Notes: generated from the letters alone by a model not told the origin. A stretch of 64,000 nucleotides of DNA from Octopus vulgaris (GCA_951406725.2 OX597819.1:71982001-72046000), one strand, 5' to 3'. Numbered from the stretch's first letter, positions 12,429-28,124 are shown. Translations and numbers: made by a program.

Positions 12429-12828
12429 TCTTTATATATAAAAGTGAGGTTGTGTGGTGTCTGTCTCCTACGATTTAGATTCCTAACTACTCCCACTTTT
12501 GCGGTGCAGTTTAACCAAATTCGGGTATCTTATAGTCGTCATTCATATCGAGCCCTTCTGGGTATTAGCGCACGTCTACGATGAGTCTACGATTTTTAAA
12601 AAATTTCTCATCATTTTTTTCCATTTTAATGCATTTTTTCGCTATTATATAAGGGAAGTAACTCTCTAAAAATGTCTACGATGAGTCAACGATTTTTAAA
12701 AAAAATTACCATCATTTTTTTTCCCATTTTTAATGCATATTCTGCTATTTTTTGGGCTATAACTCTCTAAAAATGCTTATATAATTATTTCCCTTACAAA
12801 CCCGAGCAACGCCGGGCGATACTGCTAG
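12429..12828 (+). mobile_element. Variant Helitron in head-to-tail tandem with the previous copy
   Basis: Junction CTAG|TC and the same termini. The GC-rich core is absent and a short internal segment is duplicated. Confidence 0.8.
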
Positions 12829-12914
<86 letters not shown>

Positions 12915-13198
12915 TATATATATATTTTCATATATATATATATATATATATGTCCGATGAGCGAGAAACAGGCGGAGAGAGAGAGAAAAAAATGGAAAAG
13001 GAAGAAATAGGGAGGAATAGAAGGAGTGCGAGAAGGGTACAATGAATATATAATATTGATTACTTAATGAATCGATTTAGAAAAAAAGTAGGAATGGAAA
13101 TTGATAGATAGTTAATTAAATGCTGAAATTAGGAGAAGGGAGAAGAGAAAGGAAGCGAAATGGGAATATGGGCGAGAAAAGGTAAGTGTTATATATAC

Positions 13199-13273
<75 letters not shown>

Positions 13274-13849
13274 TATACACAGATACATATATATATATAC
13301 ATATATGTATTAATATATAAACACATACATATGTATATATATAAATATATACTCATACATATATATACACATACATATAAACATACATACATATATATAT
13401 ATACATATACATACAAGCATTCATACATACATACACGCGCGCGCGCACACGCACACACACACACACACGCACTCACACACACACACACACACACATACAC
13501 ACACACACAGATATATATATACATATATGATTAGAAAGAGAAAAAGAGCATTAAGGTCTATTCTTGAGTAAATTAAAAGAAACAAAACCAATTTTTTATT
13601 TAAATAAAAAAAAACACTCATATAAACCTCTGAAATACAATCAAGAGAAAAGGAATTAGATTCCTCCAATTGAGATTATTGATGGATTAGTTGTCTTAAC
13701 GGTGATACATTAGCACAACCAACAACAATGATATTAACTACTACTACTACTATTACTACTACTACTATTAGCACAACCAACAACAATGATATTAACTACT
13801 ACTACTACTATTACTACAACTACTATTACTACTACTACTTCTGTTTTGG

Positions 13850-14333
<484 letters not shown>

Positions 14334-14571
14334 ATATAATTGTTAAAGAGGACAACACATTTTAAGACAAACATCACAAGTCATACATATTATTATTGGA
14401 AAAATTCAAAGTCTTACGGCTGTTTCTGGGATATCCCAGAGAATGGGATATTCCGTCAGCTGAGACAAATAGGGAAAATGAGAAGTGTATAGATTAATGA
14501 AATGACGACATGGAGGACAGGAGTACAGGAATAAGGAGATGAAGAGAGAGAAGAAAAAGAAGCATAGAAGT

Positions 14572-14733
14572 TCCGAGTTCAAATTCCGCAGAGGTCGACT
14601 TTGCCTTTCATCCTTTCGGAGTCGATAAATTAAGTATCAGTTACGCACTGGGGTCGATGTAATCGACTTAATCTCTTTGTCTGTCCATGTTTGTCCCCTC
14701 TGTGTTTAGCCCCTTGTGTGTAGTAAAGAAATA
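14572..14733 (+). mobile_element. SINE family B (5'-truncated)
   Basis: Family core and tail motif. Confidence 0.85.
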
Positions 14734-14741
14734 ATATAGAC

Positions 14742-14808
<67 letters not shown>

Positions 14809-15190
14809 CAGATAGATTGATAGATTGATAGATAGATAGATAGATAGATATATGATTGTGTCTGGGGAGAGTCATTGGGCTTTAATGCTTTACTATTTAA
14901 CATATTCACGGTTCGATTTCCAATCATTTAATTTTTTCTAAAACTTTTCGTTGCGTCTTGCAACCTTTTCAATAGTCGTTGGCTCTGTCTTTTATTCGAG
15001 CTGCGTTCTTTTTGTTTGTTTGTTTGTTTGTTTGTTTGTTTGTGCGTCAGTGTGCATGTGTACACATATATGTATGTATGTATGTATGCATATGTATGTA
15101 TGTATGTATGTATGTATGTGTGTATGTATGTATGTATGTATGCATGCATGTATATATGTATATGTATGTAAGTGTATATGCGTGTGTGTA

Positions 15191-15255
<65 letters not shown>

Positions 15256-15494
15256 ATGTATGCGTGTGTGTGTGCCTATACATATGTATATGTGTGTGTG
15301 TACGTTTGTATGTATGCATTTTGCATTTTCAGGCTTATGTGTTGTATGTGTGTGTATATGGTCGTGTATTTCAGTTTTCTTTTGTGCATGTATGTGTGTA
15401 TCTGTGCATGTGTGTATGCGCGGGCTTGTCTGACCGTATTATCTATGTATCTATCTACCTATTTATCTATCTGTTTACTTACATATCCACTTAT

Positions 15495-15812
15495 ATGCTT
15501 AGGGCAGCGGACTCATGGTCATAGGCTCGCGGTTTCGATTCCCAGACCGATTGTTGTGAGTGTTTACTGAGCAAAAATGCCTAAAGCTTCACGAGGTTCC
15601 GGCAGGGCGTAGTGTGGAACCCAGCTTTCGCCACAACTTTCTCTTACTCTTTCTTCCTGTTTCTGTTGTACCTGTATCTCAAAGGGCCAGCCTTGTCACA
15701 CACTGTGTCATGTTAAAGGTACACGTGTTTGTCGAGTGCTGAGCCACTTATACGTTAATTTCACGAAGCAGGCTCTTCTGTTGATAGGATCAACTGGAAC
15801 CTTCGTCGTCGT
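15495..15812 (+). mobile_element. tRNA-headed SINE family D
   Basis: Matches the reverse complement of 22788-23165. Confidence 0.75.
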
Positions 15813-16423
15813 ATATATATAGATATACGACGAGATTCTTTCAGTTTCCGTCTAACAAATCCACTCAGAAGGCTTTGGTCGGCAGAAGACACTTGCCCAA
15901 GGTACCACGTAGTGAGACTGAACCCGGAATCATGTGGTTGGGAAGCAAGCTTCATACCACACGGCCACGCTTGTAAATAAAGTTGGGAAAGGCACAGAAG
16001 TATACAACACGCTCTATATACGAGTACATGGAATTTATAGCTAATGAAATATATACGTAAGTACGTATGAATGTATGTATGTACATGCGATTACTGTATC
16101 TCCTTTTGTTCCGTTGATCTATAACAATTGACTCTCAAGTGCTGCATAGCGGCGACAGCAAAGAGCAACCGATAGCAGCGGTAAAAGAGAGAAATTACCA
16201 AAATACGAAACTAACGAAAGACCAAAAATAAGCAAACAATCTGCATATGTAATACTCAAATTTATTAGATCGAAGTCAATAAAAATGATTTGCAAAGCGA
16301 AGAAACAAAGAAAATAAACAATTAAATATGTAAATAAAGAAGTAAATAAAGGAATACAAATTTATTGAGTTTTTCACGTGTTTCACGCAAACTTGAATCC
16401 GTTTTTATCACAGGCGCACGTAC

Positions 16424-16459
16424 GTAAATAGTGAACGGGCGAACAAAGGCCGAAACGAA
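16424..16459 (-). CDS. Candidate 36-nt symmetric exon
   Basis: Strong branch point/acceptor TGCTAACATTTCCTCTTCAG| and donor C|GTACGT. Open in all three frames. Confidence 0.4.
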
Positions 16460-16703
16460 CTGAAGAGGAAATGTTAGCAAGATACTAATAGATGGGAAAA
16501 TAAATAGCAACAAACAGCAAAACAAGCATGTATGCATAAACACACACACAAATATACACTCGCATACACACAAACACACATATATATACACACATATATG
16601 TGTATATATATACATATATACATGTATGTAGAAATATATATATATATTTATGTATATGTATCATACAGATTATATATATATATGTATATATATCATACAG
16701 ATT

Positions 16704-16743
<40 letters not shown>

Positions 16744-16754
16744 ACATTATAAAG

Positions 16755-16817
<63 letters not shown>

Positions 16818-17048
16818 GAATATCGAGAAGGAGAAGCACACAGAGATAAAGAGAGAGAGAGATAGAAAGAGATAGAGAGACGCAGGCGCATGCACACTCT
16901 CACTTAGTAATGCTTATACAGCCGTATATATAGGCATTTAAATATTTATATATATATATATGTGTGTGTGTGTGTATGTATATATGCATATGTATATATT
17001 ATGTTTGTATCTATAATTCACACACATATACGTACATATATATATGCC

Positions 17049-17191
<143 letters not shown>

Positions 17192-17353
17192 ATAAATAAT
17201 ATATATGTATATGACATAAACAATATGACACAAATACAATTAGTTATAGATATAGACATATATATATGTACATGTGTACATATATACATATATAGTGTAA
17301 TTTGATGGAGACTGTATGAAGATACGAACATATATATCATATACGGTATAAAC

Positions 17354-17411
<58 letters not shown>

Positions 17412-17762
17412 ATATTTGTATGTATGTATGTATGCATGTATGTATGTATATGTATTTATGTGTATGTGTGTAAGCTTAAGTCCACATGCAATTGATGTCT
17501 ATAATGGGAACACCTGATATACAGGTAATCAAATTGAAAACAGAGACAGGTGGATTGTTTAAAAGTGTTATGCGAAGCAGAAAGAGTGACAGAGGGAGGA
17601 AGAAATTGAGGGAGAATGAGAGAGGGAGAAAGGATACAAGAGAGAGAGAGAGAGAGAGTGAGAGGGAGAACTGGCAACAGATAGAAATACCTTTGCACGT
17701 TTGTAGTGTGTGAAAATATACACAAACATAAATATGTGTATATGTGTATTTATACACACACT

Positions 17763-17835
<73 letters not shown>

Positions 17836-18268
17836 CATACATATAATATATATATATATGCGTGTGTGTGTGTGTGTATACACACATATGTCAACTGTGT
17901 ATATGAATAAAAATTCACGTATATGAATATATGCATATACCTATACATATATATGTGTATACATATATACATGTATATAGAGGCAGACAGTCAGAAAGAC
18001 AGACAGACAGAGGGCGAGATACATTACAACACGTATATGTATATATACATGCATGTCTATGTGTGAATGTATATATGTGTGTGTGCGTATTTATGTGTAT
18101 GTGCATGTGTGAATATGTGTATATGTATGTGTGCATGTGTGTGTATGTTTGTGTGTGTGTGTATAGGATATAGATTAATAAAGTGTATTATATTGATTGA
18201 AAACGAATGAGTTATGGGGAAAGAGGTGTAGACAAACAAGTTTTCTCTCGCCAGTTCCGCCAACATAC

Positions 18269-18326
18269 ACAGCTGACCCGGCTGGAATTCCTGCAGTCAG
18301 TCCTCGGCCATTGTTCGTATCAAACA
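18269..18326 (-). CDS. Candidate exon (58 nt; donor position uncertain)
   Basis: Acceptor TTATTATTTTCCAG|. Single open frame (V)[19 protein letters not shown]. Donor |GTATGT, with weaker alternatives downstream. Confidence 0.4.
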
Positions 18327-18395
18327 CTGGAAAATAATAACACTCACTGCATTAATACATACATGTGCGCTTGTGTGTTTGTGTGTATACATACA

Positions 18396-18431
<36 letters not shown>

Positions 18432-18523
18432 TATATATACATACATATATATATGCATATATATATTTACTATATATATATACACACACGTACACAAACA
18501 CACCGACACGCGCACATGCATAC

Positions 18524-18572
<49 letters not shown>

Positions 18573-18667
18573 AATTAAGGACTGAACACGAAAAGTGGAC
18601 AGTCAACATGCTAGATATAGACGTCAAATCGTCATTCACCACAAAATATACGAAATAAAATAATTAC

Positions 18668-18732
18668 CCATGTACTAACTTAGTTTCAGCTGTTATTTTC
18701 CGCAAGGAAAACTGCAGCCATCATCAGCATGG
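18668..18732 (-). ncRNA. Type I hammerhead ribozyme motif, essentially complete
   Basis: CCATG-CTGATGA-t-GGCTG..TTTTCC ttgc GGAAAA..CAGCT-GAA-ACTAA g TTAGT-A-CATGG: stems I, II and III, the conserved core and a GUA cleavage triplet. Confidence 0.85.
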
Positions 18733-18839
18733 TCCGTTATAAATGTAATTTGCTGGACTAAATGCAAACACGATACCGGATTCTTTTTTAATATGCTAGA
18801 CCACTGGTCTTAATTGATAAATATCAATTTCTACCCTTA

Positions 18840-19259
<420 letters not shown>

Positions 19260-19260
19260 T

Positions 19261-19533
19261 GTGGAGGCACATGGACTAGTGGTTAGAGCAGCGGACTCAG
19301 ATCGGGCGATGTGTGTGCTTATGAGCGAAACACCGAAGCTCCACGCGGCTCCGGCAGAATATAATGTCGAACTTCTGCTGACTCTTTCGCCACAACTTTC
19401 TCTCACTCTTTCCTCCTGCATCTTGCAGCTCACCTACGACGGACCGGCATCCAGTCCAGTTGGGGAACCTATACGCCAAGGAAACCGGGGAAACCGACCC
19501 TTATGAGCCAGGCATGGCTCGAGAAGGAACGAA
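19261..19533 (+). mobile_element. tRNA-headed SINE family C (V-domain-like body)
   Basis: Head TGGACTAGTGGTTAGAGC; body CGACGGACCGGCATCCAGTCCAG. Related copies at 47300-47765 (-). Confidence 0.75.
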
Positions 19534-19534
19534 C

Positions 19535-19625
<91 letters not shown>

Positions 19626-19788
19626 TGCATATACACACACATACCTATATATATACATTCATACGCACATACATAGAGACACACTCACATACAAAAACGA
19701 GCTAAGATAGTGCGTTGGCAGTTCTTCCCAGAATACCTGCAACAATTTCAAAGAATTAATAATAATAATAATAATGATAATAATGATG

Positions 19789-19876
<88 letters not shown>

Positions 19877-19884
19877 CAATGATG

Positions 19885-20612
19885 ATGATGAAGTAAAGAA
19901 GCTATACTCGGTATACAAAGAATCTGTACAGTTTAAGAAACAACTGATGACGGAGGAACCTAGGATGAAGTTGAGTGAGAAAGTAACCCAGTTTACTAAA
20001 AGAGTCAAGGATGAGATGAAAAAACAAACCCAGAAGAAGAGCAAAGAAGAATGGCTAGAAAAAGCGATGCACGGCCGATACCTATGTAGAGTGAACAAAC
20101 CAGACGTAGAAAAACGAGACATTCCTATATGGATGAAGAGCTCAGGACTGAAGGTTGAAACCGAAGGTTTTATCATAGCAACACAAGATCAAAGCTTGGC
20201 AACCAGGGCTTACCACAACAAAATAATGAACGATGGCACTGACTCGAAATGCAGAATGTGTTATGAGAATGATGAAAGAGTGGACCACTTCTTAACTGGA
20301 TGCACAGCGCTTTCAAAAACCGAATATATTCATAGACACGATAGAGTAGCGAAATATATCCATTGGAAGATATGTAAATACTACCAGCTTCTAACTTCAG
20401 AAAGATGGTACCAGCATAAACCTGAAACTGTGACCAGAAAAGATGACGTAACAGTACTCTGGGACATGCCAATCAACACCGATATAAAGAAATCAAGGCA
20501 AACAGGCCGGACATAATCATCAAATATATGAAGAACAAGAAATGCTTAATGATAGATGTGACAGTACCATCAGAGAGACATGTGTCCATTAAAGAAGTTG
20601 AGAAGCTATTTA
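19885..20612 (+). mobile_element. 5'-truncated R4/Dong-like RLE retrotransposon fragment
   Basis: KAMHGRY...ETEGFIIATQDQ...CRMC...HFLTGC...RHDRV...VLWDMPI, with a frameshift before RPD. Preceded by (TAA)n at 19757-19875. Confidence 0.88.
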
Positions 20613-20884
20613 AGCTATGCTTCGTTCAACATCCTTAAACAAACCCTTATTCATGGACCTTTTGAGCGGGATGGGCTATTCAACCTGAAGAAAATTCTAA
20701 CTGGGACCCCACCTGCAACGACATATGCTGTTAATCTTGATATGAGATCACTATGTCGCGCAAGTATGGTTGTGATGCATGTGCCTAGTGTACCTTTATC
20801 AAACGGATAGTCATGATGGGTATACTGGGCTTCGTATATTTGTACCCCGGTGTCACTTTGACGGCATGCACTGCTCACTCACTC

Positions 20885-20980
<96 letters not shown>

Positions 20981-21276
20981 GGTTTCAGCTTCTAGCACAA
21001 CGCCAGAAATGGTGAGCGGTGGGAGGGTTAGTTGATTATATCGATTCTAGTTCTCAAGTGATGTATATTTTATCGATCCCAAAAGGATGCAAGGCAAAGT
21101 TGGCCTTGGCGAAATTTGAACTCTGAACGCATAGAACTGGAAGAAATACCACTAGGCATCTTGGGATTAATAACAACAACGTTGTCAACAGTCTTAACGG
21201 GAGGAGGGGAAAACATTAGCAACATCCAGAGGGACTTTACAAAATAAATGAGACAAAAACTTAGCCACAAAGGACA

Positions 21277-21570
21277 TCATCATCATCATCATCGTCGTCG
21301 TCGTCGTCGTTATTGTCGTGGTTACATCATCACCATCATAATCATCATTACCACCAACATTGCAGTAACAACAGCCATGACTACAATTACTGCTGCTACT
21401 ACTACTACGGGTACTCCTGCTGCTTCTGCTGCTACTGCTACTACTACTACTGCTGTTGCTGCTACTATTGTAACTACTACTACTACAGCTACTACTACTA
21501 CTGCTACTGCTGCCACTCCTGCAACAACTGCTACTACTACTACTACTACTACTAGTACTACTACTACTAC

Positions 21571-21609
<39 letters not shown>

Positions 21610-21990
21610 ATCAAGAGCAACTAAATCAACATAAACTACCAGAAACAGCGGAAACATTTTAGTGACTAAAAGTAGCAAAACTACACACACACATATGCAC
21701 ATACACACACACGTACACACATAAACACACTCACTCAAACACACAAGCATACACACACACACACGTATACACACACAGTACTCACTCATACAAACACACG
21801 TACACACATACGTACACACACACACACGTACACACACATACACACAAACACACACACACTCACACGCACACACACACGTATACACACACACACACGTACA
21901 CACACAAACGTAAACACAAACATACACACACACACTCACACGTATACAGACACACGTACACACACGCACACATTCACACAGACACGTATA
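21277..21990. repeat. Compound triplet (CAT/CGT/CTA/TAA) and CA-rich low-complexity tract
   Basis: Direct reading; source of the spurious 528-aa ORF. Confidence 0.9.
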
Positions 21991-22203
21991 TATGGATTGA
22001 TGGAAGGATGAATGGGCGAATGGATGGATGGATTTGTGTCGGCCTTTTGACCAAGATCGGGGTGGTGGGGTATGTGTGTGTGTATGTCTACGTGTGTGTG
22101 AAAGATATAATGCGCGATCACATGTATGTGTGTGTGTTAGGGGATCAGATTCACATGTATGTATACTCGTATATATATTCATAGATATACACACACATAT
22201 GTA

Positions 22204-22618
22204 GGTGCGGGCGTGGCTGCGTGGTAAGAAGTTTACTTCCACACATAAGTTTCCAGGTTCAGTCCCACTGCATGTCACTTTGAGCAAGTGTTTTCTGCTA
22301 TAGCCTTCGGCCGACCAAAGCCTTGCGGGTGGATTTGGTAGACGGAAGCCCGTCATACATATATGTGCGTGTGTGTGTGTGCGCGCGCGCACGTGTTTGT
22401 GTGTGTTTGTATGTGTGTGTATTTGTCCCCCTCCCCACCGCTGGGTGCTGGTATGTTTACATTTCTGTAACTTAACGGTTCGGCAAATAAGATCAATAGA
22501 ATAAGTACCAGGCTTTAAACTCATAAGTACAGGGGTCGATATATTCGGATATAAATTCTTCAAGGCGGTGCCCCAGCATGGCCGCAGTCTAATGACTGAA
22601 ACAAGTAAAAGATCAAAG
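22204..22618 (+). mobile_element. tRNA-headed SINE family A, near full length, with internal TG microsatellite
   Basis: Head GTGGCTGCGTGGTAAGAAG..GGTTCAGTCCC; tail GGCGGTGCCCCAGCATGGCCGCAGTC..GAAACAAGTAAAAGA. Confidence 0.85.
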
Positions 22619-22787
22619 ATATATGCATGTATACATGCATGAATATACAGGTGTGTGTGTATGTATAAATACAGATGATGTATATGTTTATGAACCCAGG
22701 GATATATACGCATGCATACACAGATACGTAAACATAATGCATACAAATAGACATTTGCATGCATATATATATACATATATATATATA

Positions 22788-23162
22788 TCGTGGCACTCCG
22801 TCGGTTACGACGACGAGGGGTCCAGTTGATCCGATTAATGGTACTGCCTGCTCGTGAAATGAACGTGCAAGGGGCTGAGCACTCCACAGACACGTGTACC
22901 CTTAACATAATTCTCGGGGAGATTCAGCGTGACACAGAGTGTGACAAGGCTGGCCCTTTGAAATACAGGTACAACAGAAACAGGAGGAAAGAGTGAGAGA
23001 AAGTTGTGGTGAAAGAGTACAGCAGGGTTCACCACCACTCCCTGCCGAGGCCTCATGAAGCTTTAGGTGTTTTCGTCCAATAAAAACTCACAATGCCCCC
23101 CCGGGCTGAGAATCGAAGCCGCAGCGATCCTACGACCGCGAGGCCACTGGGCCATTGTGCCT

Positions 23163-23165
<3 letters not shown>
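22788..23165 (-). mobile_element. tRNA-headed SINE family D
   Basis: Tail ending CCCTCGTCGTCGTAACCGACGGAGTGCCA is shared with the copies at 15495 and 62695. Confidence 0.8.
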
Positions 23166-23222
<57 letters not shown>

Positions 23223-23351
23223 GTATATATATATTCATTCATATATATATACATACATGCATACATATATATATATGATATATATATATACATATATATA
23301 TATATGCATATATATATATATACATATATATACATATACATATATATATAT

Positions 23352-23387
<36 letters not shown>

Positions 23388-23429
23388 GCATGCATGCCTA
23401 CGTATGTACATGCATGCGTGCATATAGAC

Positions 23430-24521
23430 ATTCGTGCATACACCACCTCTACCACTACCACCACTACTACCACCACCAGTGCCTTCGTCCTCACTCCTAC
23501 CACTACAAAACCTGTTACCACCACCACCATCAACATTAACATCACCACCAACAACAACAACTACTAGTAATACTGCAACTGCTGCTGCTACTGCTACTGC
23601 TGCTGCATTTACTCTCAGCAACACCAACAATAGCAGCAATAACAACTGACCCTACAAAGTTTATTGTTATTATTATTAGTAGTAGTATTACTGTTACTAC
23701 TACTACTACTACTGCTACTGCTACTTACTACCACCTCCAACAACAAAAGCAAATACAACTGCAATAACTGTTTCTATAAATTGCCACCACTAACAAACTA
23801 CCACCGACGTCACTACTTTCATTTTCACTCCGAGCGCTGTAAAAGCTGTTACCACCGCCATCATTAACATCAGCATCAACCACTACTACTACTACAACTA
23901 CTACTACTACTACTACTATTAAAACCAATTCAACCACCACCGTCACCACCACCACTACCAGCAAGGAGAGTTTATTAAACAGAGCGGCGTCCAAGCAATC
24001 AAACGAGGAAGAGCGGACTTTCATCAACTGGTTTCATTTTTTTAAGTTTAATTAAACAAGTGAAAGGTTGATGATGACGATGATGATGATGGTGACGACA
24101 ACGATGATAATGAGGATGATAATGATGATGATGATGATGATGATGCCGATGGATGAAAAGATGTGTTGAAGGAACAAACAAACAACAGCAACAACACAAA
24201 CAAGCAAGCAAAAAATATATATAAATATAGTGAACAGAACGACAACAATAAGAGCGATAAGAACAACAACAACAACAACAGCAAAGATTGAAAACAGAAT
24301 AAAAAAGAGAAGATAAAAGGGAGAAAAATATACCAACGCATTTTATACACACATATAGACATACACACACATACACACTCCACATGTATACATATATATA
24401 TACATAACTATACATTTCTAGATAATTATACATAGACCTATATCTATCTATCTATCTATATATATATATACACTCATACAAACATATATACATATATACA
24501 TATATACATATACATACGTTT

Positions 24522-24588
<67 letters not shown>

Positions 24589-25520
24589 CATGCGTGCATA
24601 CACCACCTCCACTACCACCAGTGCCTTCGTCCTCACTCCTACCACTACAAAACCTGTTACCACCACCACCATCAACATTAACATCACCACCAACAACAAT
24701 AACTACTAGTAATACTGCAACTGCTGCTACTGCTACTGCTGCTAAATGCAACAATAACAACTGACCCTAGCCGTATTTCGTACTGCCGTTACGTGCTACT
24801 GAGTTCAAACCTCCAACAGCCGAGGTCGACTTTGCAATAACTGTTCATCCTAAATTCGGGGTCGACTACCAATTACCACCAGCATCCTCTACTTTCAGTT
24901 CACTCTGAGCGCTGGGCTGTTACCACCGCCATCATTAACATCAGCTTAATCAGTTTGTCTGTACTACTACTATTTGTCAACCTGCCATCACCACCACCAC
25001 TACCAGCAAAGCAGAGTTTATTAAACAGAGCGGCGTCCAAGCAAATCGACGAGGAAGAGCGGACTTTCATCAACTGGTTTCGCGCAGCTAGTAAAGAAAG
25101 GTTGATGATGACGATGATGATGATGATATATATATATGATATATATATGATATATGATGATGATGATGATCTATGGATGATAATGATTTTTGTTGCGCAA
25201 TAAGATACACATACAATGTAGGCTGTGTAGATATATATAACATTTATAGATAGAACAGTCTTACAGCTGTTTCCGGATTGTTGATAATTATATCCCTTTA
25301 TCGGAGAGGGTGTGAGAGAATAGTTAAAAAAAGGGAGAAAAATAATACGCATTATTATACACACATGGATAGGACATACACACACACAGAAGAGTGAGGT
25401 GGAGGAGAAGATATATATAGATGTGAGGTATCGGGGATAATTATACATAGAAGTTGTATATATCATATATATATACATAGGCAGATATGGTATATACTCT
25501 TTACTACATATATACATACG
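23430..25520. repeat. Apparent ~1.1-kb tandem duplication (23430-24450 / 24592-25520); second copy garbled
   Basis: Shared unique strings, e.g. GTGCCTTCGTCCTCACTCCTACCACTACAAAACCTG and AGAGTTTATTAAACAGAGCGGCGTCCAAGCAA. Confidence 0.85.
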
Positions 25521-26254
25521 TTGTATAGATCAGTCTAGATAGATAGATAGACTGCAGCCATGCTAGATAGAGCGCCGCCTAGATAGATAGTCGAGCAAAC
25601 CGACCCAGAAAGACTTAAATGATACATTCTGTAAGCCCAGTACCTATTCTATCGGTCTCTTTCTGCCGAACCGCTAAGTGACGGGGACATACATACCTAC
25701 ACACAGCATCGGTTGTCACAGCATATGCTAGAGGGACAAACACACGCACACGCACACGAGCGCACATATACACACGCACATACTTATATATATATATATA
25801 TATATATATGCATATATACGATAGGCTTCTTTCAGTTTCCGTCTACCAATCGGCCCGAGGTTATAGGATGAAAACACTTAGCATGTCAACTTCGGAATTA
25901 GACTACGCATGTGAGACTGAACCCGGAATCATGACTGGTTGGTAAAAGCAAGCTGCCTACAGCCACTCCTGCGCTTATATCATGTACCCAGATTGCAATA
26001 CGCATGAGCAGACCCAATCCAACCTCAGAATTTAAATCAATGGTAAGTAAACATTCGGCATGACTATACTGTTTATACACAATTAGTAAGTATTCTTGTA
26101 CAATAGCGTCGGAAATTATGAGTGAGATCCCGTCAATGATTTAAACTTACGGATCATTTGCCAAGAACAGAATTTATACAAACATGTTGTAAAAGAATCA
26201 AAGGTTTTATTTAACAATGTTTTCAATGGGGCACTATTCCCTTTTATAACCTCA

Positions 26255-26304
<50 letters not shown>

Positions 26305-28124
26305 ATCTATCTATATACACACACACACGCATATATATGAATTTCATTGGTGTCACCCATCCTTATACTTGATGACAGGCATTGCTAACTCCTGCATATT
26401 ACAGGCCTGTAATGACAGACTTGTCGAGAACCGAAAGTCCATAAATCGCAGCTTTGATTTTCCGATGGAGGTCTCTTTCCTGGTAACAACTTCCTCCATA
26501 TAGCATCTGGTCATCTCATAGTTCTTTCTAATAGTGTACTATTCCAACGGTAACAGTAGCCATTGCGCATTATGCACATCGTTGCCTCAAGACTTTTATA
26601 CACAGAAACCGTTTCCTGAAAGACCTGTGTGCCTAGATGTTTATATAAAGTATACAGCACAATATTCACAAGAGTGTGTACATCACACATCTCTGATGAA
26701 AGCGTTCAAGGACATTTACATGACATGTGTATATAGGGTTCATGTCTCACATGCAGGTACAATGGAGCGATGTAAGTACACATGCACGGTATACAGTAAT
26801 TTTTTGGTTTGCCTTCAGTGACTGCTATGCTACACCTTGGGCCAGACTACTATAGACTCGAAGAGACCGGTAGTAATGAGTTCTTCTTTTGCAGCGTAGA
26901 ATTTAAGCGTAGCTACTCGGAAAGCTTGAACTGCTAGCCCGTAGTGAATGGGGAAAGCTGTGGATGTGCATATGACTGCAGGCACGTATGTTTGTCAAGA
27001 GCGAAGGCTCTTTAGCCACCAACAGACAACCAAATGCAAAATAAAAGTTACTGCTAGAGCGCACAATCTGTATATAGTATCCGGCAGATGACCCGCATGT
27101 TCATTTATTCGCGAATATGCATTCATTGACGTTTTCACATAAAAAATGGATATAGCCGTGGTTAAGAAAAAATGTGTCTAATTGAAACGGTGGTGCTCCA
27201 ACATAGAAAAATATGACTGAATGACAATTAAAAGAATAGAAAGAAACATATATTTGTGAGTCGTAGCTATATCTTTCTTTTCTATGTGAAGAAGGAAACC
27301 ATATATTGTTTTTCGATATGTACTTGGTTGAGTGCGGGCACAATACGCAAGTTTCGCTGTTCGCTCATTCACGAGGGATACATACCTCCAGTACATACTC
27401 TTCAGATTAGCCACTTTTTTCATACATACATACAGTGACATGACGTCTGAAGCGTACATGACATACATGCAGTTTGCCTACATGTGCTTTAAGACTGTCG
27501 TAGTCCTTGGATAAGTGTTGGCTCTGTCGTTTATATCACTGTATACTGACAACCGCTTGGCAACCCTGTTTTGAGGAGTATATTTTGTTGTAGTTTTCGG
27601 CAATACGATAGCAATTGTTATCCAGATTTCAAAAAAGGACCATTTGTTTGCTTCAGTTTTTGCTCTAGCATGGCTGCAGTCCGTAAAAGATTAAAAAAAA
27701 AAAAAAACTTCGTAATCTACGAATCTATAAATGATGTCGTATACGCCAAGGTACATGTAAGTCTATCCCTACTATTTATTACTGGACTGTATACCATATT
27801 ATTTTAATCTTAACCATACACGAAAGCAGAAGATAACAGTTTTAAGCTCACTTGAAAGGTTAAAACCTCTGTGGTATGATATCTTTTCTACAGTAATATT
27901 CTCATTATGAAACCTTATGCATTTATAGATTCAGCTGATGGCTGTGAAAGCGAGGATGTAAGAAATCGGTGTTGGGAAGACGGCCTCCAATGTTCCATGG
28001 GTATCCCGCTGCGTGGAATTTACTCCAAATTTAGTACTTGGTCGGTTCTTTCAATGCTAGTACAGATTTGTCTGCTGTTTCTTCTTATATCGGTAGTGGT
28101 AAACAAGACTCACCTATATATATC

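Noticed and set aside
13710-13830. ~59-bp tandem duplication with CTA repeats
   Set aside because: Ordinary local slippage.
20613-20884. Segment between the Dong fragment and (AAT)n
   Set aside because: Probably another repeat's 3' end, but it is single-copy in this window and has no diagnostic motif.
21322-22908. 528-aa minus-strand ORF
   Set aside because: It runs through two SINEs and stop-free simple repeats.
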